DNA of 64,000 nt from the human T2T-CHM13v2.0 reference genome, Homo sapiens. The notes beneath the pieces were generated by a model. The model ran no database searches and was not told the DNA's origin. It saw only the letters and a list, made by a program, of their open reading frames with translations. Below are positions 48,481 through 64,000 of the stretch, piece by piece. The first letter of the stretch is position 1. Every line of letters starts with the position of its first letter. The translations under genes were made by a program, and so were the position numbers. The stretch lies in the NCBI RefSeq assembly GCF_009914755.1, contig NC_060935.1. One strand, 5' to 3'.

Positions 48481-48968
48481 GAAAACTTGGATCCACGTGG
48501 ATTTTATTCTGGTGTCGGACGTGAAATATGCATAACTTTCTTCGATTTTCCCAAGGTTGTGCCGTGTGTGTCCCTGGCAACCTGGAGGAAAGGATTTGGT
48601 CGGGCAGTTAGCCCAGTGTGGGGAGGTGACATTTGCAGAGACTGAAGACAGGAGGCACAGTCTCCTCCATACACAGAGACCACAGACGGAGAGAGCTGCA
48701 TGTGCAAAGGTCTCAAGGTGGGAGGAAGCTTGGCTCATTCCCAGAACAGCAAGGCCAGTGCGGCTGTAGGTGCTGGGGAAGCAAGGAGGACAGGGATGGG
48801 TTCCTGGAGGGGCCAGCCCAGGTAGGACCTAGTAGGTAACTGTGGAGTCTGGCTTGGATTTGGGCTCTAATGGTACCGAGGAGCTGCAGGCAAGATCTTT
48901 AAAACTGTTCACTTGATAAGATAAGACCCAGACGGGAAACTGGGGGGCCTAAGGTTATGGACAGTTCA

Positions 48969-49328
<360 letters not shown>

Positions 49329-50814
49329 TCACCTTTCACTTGATGTTATTTCCGTATCATTTGCTATTTTATTAAATATTTCTGAAGCATGGTTTTTAAT
49401 AACTGCATGGTTTCTTAAAAAACATATTTATTGAGATATAGTTGATATATAGTAAACTATACATATTTAGAGTGTACAGTTTGATAAGTTTTGACATCTG
49501 TATATACCTGGGAAACCATGACCACAACCAACATAGTGAACACATCCATCGCCCCCAAAAGTTCCTCGTACCCCATTGGGGTGTTTCCCTCCTGCCACCC
49601 CCTCCCCAGGCAGCAGCCCTTCTGCTTTTTGGTAATGATTGCCTGGTGCTTCTCACCATATGGCTGCCTTGTAATTATTTGAGCATTCCTCTACTGTTAG
49701 ACATCCATGTTTATCCCATTTTTGCTACTTCGGCTAGGAAGAGCATTCTCATACATACAGATATCTTCATATACTTGACTATTTCCTTACAACAAATTCT
49801 AGAACTGGTATCTCCAGACCAAAGGTTATGAATGTTAAGAATTTGGAAGCAATTTGCCCAATCTTGTTCACAAGGCTTGCTAGGTATGACATGCACTTTC
49901 CATTTGATTTTCTTTCTGAAAAGTTGAATCATCATAATGCCAAAAAAAAAATACTAACCCTCCAAGCGTGGCTCAGATATTTCTGCTTGGACCTAAGAGG
50001 TGGCTATTTTTGGAAAGGTCCTTTTGTGGCTGTGAAGGAAACAAATATTCCCTCTTCCTTCAGATCCTAAAGTACTCAGTACCTTTGTGGAGTTTGCTGT
50101 GGGAGCACCCAATAGCCTGCCCTCAGCCATTTCCCTTCCTGCAGAATTCAGGAGGCTTCTGCAGCAAGGATAGTTCAACCCCCTTCAACTCTGCAGGCTT
50201 CTCTGGTGGAGGCAGGGACCTCCAGAGTGACTGACAGTAGTTCCAAGGCAGGCGGAGTGGGAGAACTGGCCTCTCTGTAACCTTACCTGCCAGGGGCCCT
50301 CCACTTCCCAGGTGTGGAAACTGAGGCTTAGAGAAGGGTGAGGACTGGCTGAAAAATCCCATAGCAGATGAGCAACAGAACTGGAACCCAACCCAGCTCT
50401 GCTCCACTCTGACGGCCACAACAGCCCAGCAGGTGGTCTGAGTGGTGCTGGGGACACCAGATGTGACTCAGGTGAGATATGAACACATGGGCTTTATATC
50501 CACAGCCAGGTATTTATTTTAATGTGTATCAATAAGTAGCTGTGACATCGAGGCTACGATTTCACAGCTGCAGTGATGTATGACAAGGTTAAAGGAGGGA
50601 TTTAAGCTAAAAAGTGAAAGAAATGAGGCTGGGTTCACACCTCTAATCCTAGCACTTTGGGAGGCCAAGGCGGGTGGATCCCCTGAGGTCAGGAGTTAGA
50701 GACCAGCTTGGCCGACATGGTGCAACCCTGTCTCTACTAAAAAAATACAAAGGCCGGGTGTGGTGGCTCACACCTGTGATCCCAGCACTTTGGGAGACCA
50801 AGGCAGAAGGATCA

Positions 50815-51287
<473 letters not shown>

Positions 51288-51939
51288 TCACTGCTCCACC
51301 TTGACTCGGGCAAGCCCTTCCCCCTTGCAAAGACACCAGGTAAGATGGGTGGCTGCAGGTGGCAGTCCTGGGCTTGCAGGTGCCCCATCCTCACACACGC
51401 GCATACGCATGCAGGGGCACACACTGCAGAGGCCGCAAAACAGGCCTCCTCTCCAGCCCTACACCTGACCTGAGCTTCTCCCCACGCTCCAGGGAAAGAT
51501 AATGACCACTGGTCCCAGGTGCCAGGTGCACGTGGCCACGTGGAAGGCTGGGGACGTGACAAGAAGGAGGCAGGGCTGGGGAGGAGTCTCTAGGGGTGAC
51601 AGGGTGTTTAGAGGCCCTTAGGTGCTCTATCCCCCACGTCCAGGTGGGTCAACACTGGTGGGCTTTGTCTTGAGAGGATGCCAGGATGAAGGACAGGACT
51701 CCGGGCCCGTGCCTTGTCACAGCAACACCAGCAGGCCCTCCTTGGCCCCAGCCTTCTGATCACCCTGGCCTGTGGGAGCTCTGGGCCTTCCCGAAAGCCT
51801 CCCACTGCTACCGGCACTGGGCACTGCCAACAGCCCGCCAGGCTGCTTTACCTGTAAACTGCTCCGGAGGATTACCAATACGGTAGTTTCCTTTCGCCTG
51901 TTCTACACTGTACATCCTGTACCACAATTCCCATGCCTT

Positions 51940-52122
51940 TTGCTTCCTTCTTTCCCTCCTTTCCTATCTTCCCTCCTTTCCTACCTTCCCTCTGTCCCTC
52001 CCCTTTCCCCTCCCTCCTTTCCTCTTTCCTTTCCTCCCCTTCTCCTCCCCTTCTCCTCCCCTTCTCCTCTCCTCTCCTCTCCTCTCCTCTCCTCTCCTCT
52101 CCTCTCCTTCCTTCCTTCCCTT
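51940..52122. repeat. Polypyrimidine (CCTCT/CCTT) tract
   Basis: C/T-only run with (CCTCT)n. Confidence 0.85.
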
Positions 52123-52211
52123 CTGTCTGCATTTGGTCAGTTACTCTCTACCTTTTTGTTGCTGTTCTCACACCATTGGGCCCTACTTTCATTTTGATTT
52201 CTTACTCTTTA

Positions 52212-53048
<837 letters not shown>

Positions 53049-53543
53049 TGATCTGCCTGCCTTGGCCTCCCAAAGTGCTGGGATTACAGGCATGAGCCAC
53101 TGCGCCTGGCCTATCTCCCCGTGTTTTAGACAACCCATGTTTCAGTTCAATTGCCCATTCCAATTTTTTGCCCAACTATTCCCCTGAGGATAACTCTCTG
53201 CCCATCGTTGGACATGATGGGGTGCACAGGATGTTCCTCGGGCTGAGGAAATGTGACCCCACCATCCAAATTGGTGCAGTGTCTTCTGTTCTCCTTCTTT
53301 TATGCACTCTGAGCATTTGCATCCACCACCAGGCAAGCCAAGCCCAGTCCCGAGCCGACACCCAGGGCTCCGGCATCAGCCTGACTTGCAGCTGTGTCCA
53401 GGGCCTACCCCAGGGAATTGGCCACACAGCCAGCAGCAATGTCTGTCTCTGTTGCTGGCTGACAGCACTGTCCTTATTGGCATTTTATGCCTCAGACGGT
53501 GCAAGAGAGACACTGACTAGGGGCATTTACTCACTTGCTATCA

Positions 53544-54150
53544 TGAGGCAGAAATTTAAATAATAATAATAATAATAATCAGTACTGCATTTATTCACGC
53601 CAAGAAAAGTAAAAGCTAAGGCCCAGAATATGGCAAGGCAAAGGCTAAAAAGAAAAGAACAAGTTTTCCTCTTGCCTAGCAGCTCACTTTAAGGACAGTT
53701 AGAAGATAACGCTGTCCAAATAGCCAAGGCCAAAGGAATGGGCTCCAGACACCCCCCTCCCTTCCAGAGCAAGCTTGAAAGAAAAAAAAGAAAGACAGGT
53801 TCTTTTACTGTTACTCTTTTCCCAGGCTTCTTAAGCATGATTAGCATGATTATGTTTTACAAATGTCTGTATTTAGCCAGTTCTTGTTTTTCTTTCAATG
53901 CAGCTACAAGGCCACTGGCTAGGTCACAAATTATGTTATGCTATAGATTACGTGACCTGTTACTGTATGATTAACTGCTTTTATTTTGCTACTGCTTTTA
54001 TTTTGCTCCTGTAAGGCTGTTTATAAAAACACTGCTCTTTGTTCAGGGCTCAGCTTTTGGATGTGAATCCTCTGAGCCGGTGCGTACCTAAAATAAACAA
54101 ATCCTTCTGTACTGCAAATTGGTTTTTCCGTTCCTCAGTTTACCGCAACA
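53544..54150 (+). repeat. 5' LTR
   Basis: TGAGGCAGAAATT...CGCAACA; TATAAAA at ~54022 and AATAAA at ~54092; direct repeat of 60101-60701. Confidence 0.93.
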
Positions 54151-54154
54151 TTTT

Positions 54155-54172
54155 TGGCAACCACGAAGGGAC
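54155..54172 (+). promoter_or_regulatory. Primer-binding site, tRNA-Arg type (TGGCAACCACGAAGGGAC)
   Basis: 18-mer starting TGG 4 nt after the 5' LTR; complementary to the 3' end of tRNA-Arg(TCG)-like tRNAs (tRNA sequence recalled, not looked up). Confidence 0.75.
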
Positions 54173-54957
54173 TGGAGACGGCAGGCTTACTGTCTCCTTT
54201 GCCTCTGGGGGCTGGAGCGAGGGTCTCAGGAAACCTGTGACCCCAGGTGCCACTGGGAGAACTTCAGCCTGGGGGGGAGATCAGCTCTCCTGTGACCTGG
54301 CACCCCTACCCAGCAGCGAAACGGAACCTAAAGAGGGACTACAGGATGATTTCAGAAACAACGCGCTTCAGGAACCACAGTAAGGTTTTGGGGGCTCAAG
54401 GCAGGACCCGTCCCTTGGACAGAAGGGAGCCTGATCATCTCCCGGGGTGTGCCAAATAGTCCGAACCAGAGGGGCTGGGGGTGACTGGAGTGGCTTGTCA
54501 ATTTGGATGAAACTCACACCCCGCCGACACAGGATGCAAGAGTGGCTCGCCAAGTCGGCTAGGGAACTGGAGGTGGCAAGAGTGGCTCGCCACCCCAACT
54601 GGGAACTAGAGGGGGCGAGAGTGGCTTGCCAACCCAGTTACAAACATGGGAACTGAAGGTGTGTGGAAGTGTGTGAATGAAAAGGCCTCATTAGGCGCAT
54701 CAGCTGCGAAGTGAAGAGTCACAGATCCCTTAGTGTAGACTGTGTGCTCCGAGAAAGGGTGGGGCCGACTAAGACTAGTGGTGATCTGCATATGGCTAAT
54801 AGGAGCTGCCCTACAGCTCAGAGTTGCAGCAGGAATAAGGACCTCTCCAAAGCCAAGCAGCATCTGAAAACCCCCATAATAGGAGACAGTGTGGTTGGTC
54901 GAAACGAGAGGAAGAGTGAGTAGGCAAGAGTGAATGTGCTGCGTTGTAAAGGGAGGA

Positions 54958-57770
<2,813 letters not shown>

Positions 57771-57977
57771 AGTTGCTGCTGAGGACAACAGCCCTGCTCT
57801 AGTCACTCTGGAGGCTGACTAGTCTACGCACGGCTGAAACTTGAGGACTTGTCAAGCAAGTAATGTAGCTAAAATCTTAAGACTAGTGGTTTTCGTGTAC
57901 ACTAACTGTTTTACTATTGTTCTGTCGCTGTGCTCAACCTTTTTCCCAGGTAAGGACCTTTTTTGTCCTTGCTGGAT

Positions 57978-60066
57978 ATGAATATGCTGTACATTGTTTT
58001 GTTGTTACCCCCCTTAACCATGTAGAAGAAACACCTACAGAAGGTGTCCCCACTGTACACATACTACTTGGTCAGGGAACAGTATAACTAGAACCCTATT
58101 GCACTATACTTATTATGAGTGTACAGGGACTCGCTTAGGAACTTGTACTTATAATCAAACCACCTATTCAACCTGTGACCCAGGAAATGGCCAGCCTTAT
58201 ATATGCTATGACCCTAAGTGTTTACCTGGGACTTGGTTTGAGATTCATACCGAGTCAAAGGGAGGAAGTTTTGTAAGTTGAACCCAAGCCTCTCTTCCCG
58301 GGGGCGGGGGGTGGGGTGGCTATATCCATATACTTTGATATTTGTCAGTTAACATCCATGAACCAGAGATTGTGAACTATCTCACAATCTCTGGTCCTAC
58401 AGGGTACTATACAAACTGCCAGTACAAAATTGCATGTGCACCCCGTTTGCCCCTCCGAGGCCCTAGCGATAGCTTGCTGGAACCGCACAACGCAGTTCAC
58501 TGACCGATCATCACCGAGGCTAAAGCCAATCTTGCTCATCAAAGTGCCAGCAAAACCGGATTGTAAGACAAGCACTTGCAATCCTGTAAATCTTACTATC
58601 TTAAAGCCAGATCTACCTATATAGACTGCAGGTTACTCCATGGCATTACAAAGCTACAGTCAAAAAACTAAAATAACTTTGTATATTCTAAAGAGGACTC
58701 AAACCAAGCGGTCAGCTCAGCAGCAATTCCGAGTCTTTAAGTCATTCTTTGAGCATATAAACCAAAAGTTACCAGAGCCTCCTCCTTTAGCCAAAAACCT
58801 ATTTGCTCAGCTGGCTAAAAACATTGCATGCAGCCTAGGCATTTCCTCATGTTATGTTTGTAGAAGGACTAACATGGGAGACTAATAGCCTCAGGAAGCA
58901 AAAGAGTTAATGCCTCAAGATAACTTTACTCTGACTCTCTCTTTCCCCAAACAGACACGCACAAGTTCAAGCGTCTAGCTCTTAAAAACTTCTATTATTA
59001 GCAGATACTGTGTTGCTCCCTAGGGAAAAGTTTTTACAGACCCAGTAGGAGAACTAACCTGCTTAAGACAGCAATATTATAATGAAACATTAAGGAAAAC
59101 TTTGTGGCAGGGCAGAGATGACTACAAAGCACCTCATCCAAATCTGTTCTCCTGTTTCTCTTCTCTAAACCACACTTGGTATCAACTTGAAGCTCCAAAT
59201 ACTTGGCAAGCACCCCCCGTCTTTATTGGATCTGTAGGCTACAGGCATATTGACAGTTGCCAGTTAAATGGACAGAGGTGTGCTTAGAACGATTAGACCA
59301 TCTTTCTTCCTACTCCCACTGCAACAGGGAAAAACTTCAAGGTACCCTGTCTATGATGAAGTTAGAAGAAGAAACAAAAGAGATGCAGACACAAAGAGGT
59401 ATAAAAATAAGAGATTGAAAAGGCACAAATTAGCCCCCTGAAAAAATAATTCCATACTATAGGCCAGCTACCTGGGCACAAGATAGGTCATAGGGAGACC
59501 GCACTCCTATCTACATGCTTAACCGTATCATAAGATTGCAGGCAGAACTTGAAATCATCACCAATGAAACAACAAATGCATTAGATGTACTGGCCCAGCA
59601 AACCACAACATTGAGAAACGCTACCTATCAGAACAGATTAGCTTTAGACTACCTCCTAGCCCAGGAAGGAGGAGTATGTGGAAAGTTCAGTCTAACTAAT
59701 TGTTGCCTGGACATCGATGACAGCGGAAAAGCAATTATAGAAATAACTGCAAGAATGAGAAAATTAGCCAGTGTTCCAGTTCAAACTTAGAAAAGGTGAT
59801 CCCCAGATTCTCTCTTTGGAGACTGGTTTTCATTTTTTGGAGAGTTCAAGACTTTAATAGGAGTAGTGCTGGCCACACTGGGAAGCTGCATAATACTCCA
59901 TTGTCTCTTACCTTTCCTTGTTAGAAGTATTCAATCAACTATAGAGGCAATAGTAGCCAGGCAAACTACAACTCAGCTAATAGCTCTGTGTAAATATCAA
60001 CCTTTGTCTAAAGAAGAAAACTTGTCTCTTCAGGCAGAACTAAGTAATAGTGATGCCTTTTATTAA
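57978..60066 (+). pseudogene. Defective env (ERV3-like)
   Basis: [12 protein letters not shown]...CYVC; furin-like RRNKR (~59365); [10 protein letters not shown]...[20 protein letters not shown] and CX6CC; multiple stops. Confidence 0.88.
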
Positions 60067-60100
60067 ACTTATTTCATAAAAGGCATCAAAGGGGAGAAAC

Positions 60101-60701
60101 TGAGGCAGAAATTTAAATAATAATAATAATAAATACTGCATTTCTTCACTCCAAGAAAAGTAAAAGCTAAGGCCCAGAATATGGCAAGGCAAAGGCTAAA
60201 AAGAAAAGAACAAGTTTTCCTCTTGCCTAGCAGCTCACTTTAAGGAAAGTTAGAAGATAACGCTGTCCAAATAGCCAAGGCCAAAGGAATGGGCTCCAGA
60301 CACCCCCCTCCCTTCCAGAGCAAGCTTGAAAGAAAAAAAAGAAAGACAGGTTCTTTTACTGTTACTCTTTTCCCAGGCTTCTTAAGCATGATTAGCATGA
60401 TTATGTTTTACAAATGTCTGTATTTAGCCAGTTCTTATTTTTCTTTTAATGCAGCTACAAGGCCACTGGCTAGGTCACAAATTATGTTATGCTATAGATT
60501 ACGTGACCTGTTACTGTATGATTAACTGCTTTTATTTTGCTACTGTTTTTATTTTGCTTCTGTAAGACCGCTTATAAAAACCCTGCTCTTTGTTCAGGGC
60601 TCAGCTTTCGGATGTGAATCCTCTGAGCCGGTGCGTACCTAAAATAAACAAATCCTCCTGTACTCTGTATTGGTTCCTCTGTTCCTCAGTTTATCGCAAC
60701 A
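60101..60701 (+). repeat. 3' LTR
   Basis: Direct repeat of the 5' LTR following the PPT. Confidence 0.93.
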
Positions 60702-61110
60702 GTCATACATTGATTGAAGCTACCCCATGACTGAAGGACATAAAATCATCTTGAAACCTGAAATACCTACAAATATCTTGGGTGCCATCAGAGAAACCCC
60801 CTAGTGGGGATGGCAGTGCCAAGAAGAGTTTCCTAACAACATGGAAATGGTTTGTACAGGATGGTGCCACCTGGGGAAGGAAACCTACTCATCAGCAGGG
60901 TTCAGTTCAGCCCATCCCTGCACTGCGGCAGTTCCCCCCACACCCATTCATTTCGCGGTCCCAAGTGGTGGCCACGTTAAGCCAGTACGCACAAGTTCTT
61001 CTGATGGGCATCGATGTGTCCTACTTGAAGGAACCCCCACATTTCCACAGGGCCGCGCCCCACGTGGCCACCCCTTCAATAAGCCAGGTTTCTACCACCC
61101 TCCTGCCTGA

Positions 61111-61452
<342 letters not shown>

Positions 61453-61733
61453 TGATCTGCCCACTTTGGCCTCCCAAAGTGCTGGGATTACAGGCGTGAG
61501 CCACTGGGCCCGGCCTACCTTTCAATTCTTCCACCACTGCCAGGAAAACAGTGTGCAGTTCAGCCCACCAAGCTGATTTGTTTCCACCCTTCTTTGATCA
61601 CAGTGGCATCCCTCCAGACCGGATGTTTCCTATTCACCACTAACCAGGCAGCTCTTTCCTGGCCAGTTGACAGCTGTGTATGGGGCATTCCCCAAGCGAT
61701 GATAAAATCCGGCAGCTCAAATGAGAATTTATG

Positions 61734-62937
<1,204 letters not shown>

Positions 62938-63277
62938 ACATCCAGCAGCTCCTCACACAGTTCCAGAGTCAGTCCCAGGGGATTCTCCCTGCTTGTGAGT
63001 CTCCTCCTTGCCTTCCCCAGCAAGGAGTCCCCATCCTTGCCTTCATATAGGATGGTTCACCATCCTATATGAACCATTTTCGTGTTGTTACGGAACTTTT
63101 CTTGGCGCTGTCATCTCCATTAGAGGGTTTCTGTGATGTCACCCAAGGTATTGTAGGTATTTCAGGTTTCAAGATTATTTTATGTCCTTCAGTCATGAGG
63201 TAGCTTCAATTAATGTCTAACAGCAAGTTAGTAAATGCCCCTCCAATGGAAATTTTCTAGTCCAAAGTCCCAGGTAG

Positions 63278-63680
<403 letters not shown>

Positions 63681-64000
63681 TCAAATGGCTTGTGTTCAAA
63701 TCTGATGAGCTGCTCCGTCTGAGACATTTGACTTGGCATGTAGACGAGGAAAGGAACAGGGACCTTTCTCAGGGTACACAGACCCTACAGTGACTTTTAC
63801 CCAGTCCAGCAGTCCAGCTGTCCCCTTGGGAGTCACCTCCTGCGTGTCTGAATCAGGGACAGCTCCCCGTGATTGTCCCATGGTGAGCTGCGGGTGCTGT
63901 GTCAACCCAAACACACTCTTCCACCCTGCAGCATTTAAAACTGAAGACACTGATCCTAAATCAGCTACTGCCAGAATCCATTTTCCTAAAGGCGCCCCAG

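Noticed and set aside
53657-53776. p53 half-sites in the LTR (GAACAAGTTT, GAGCAAGCTT)
   Set aside because: Isolated decamers ~110 bp apart, not a paired full site.
54155-54172. tRNA gene
   Set aside because: Only an 18-nt complement (PBS); no cloverleaf.
57978-60066. Domesticated env (ERV3-1 or syncytin-like gene)
   Set aside because: Multiple stops and frameshifts; the longest piece is ~91 aa.

Overview
Primate (human-like) genomic DNA covering the 5' end and upstream flank of CPT1A (carnitine palmitoyltransferase 1A) on the minus strand. It contains coding exon 2 (1457-1610, ATG at 1597, [10 protein letters not shown]...RFK), a ~26.3-kb intron 1, the ATG-free exon 1 in a CpG island (~27895-28036) and ~36 kb of repeat-dense upstream DNA. 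The repeats include dozens of Alus, L1 and Tigger relics, a full-length SVA nested in an Alu tail, and a deleted ERV1 provirus inserted into an older ERVL pol relic. Most ORF-track entries are Alu or simple-repeat artefacts. The most notable inferred feature is a set of three candidate 5' exons with different translational outcomes. Canonical exon 1 has no ATG. A candidate exon at 25672-25802 has an in-frame ATG giving a +32-aa N-terminus. An upstream exon ending at 30265 has a perfect-Kozak ATG that is an out-of-frame overlapping uORF when joined to exon 2, but in frame (+51 aa) if the middle exon is included. Other observations: nuclear-receptor elements (DR1, DR4, a DR0-like minisatellite), a poly(A)-signal cluster in the CpG shore, patchy LTR-LTR identity suggesting gene conversion, and an inverted duplicate that preserves the ERV empty site. 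Repeat family names and boundaries were read by eye and are approximate.
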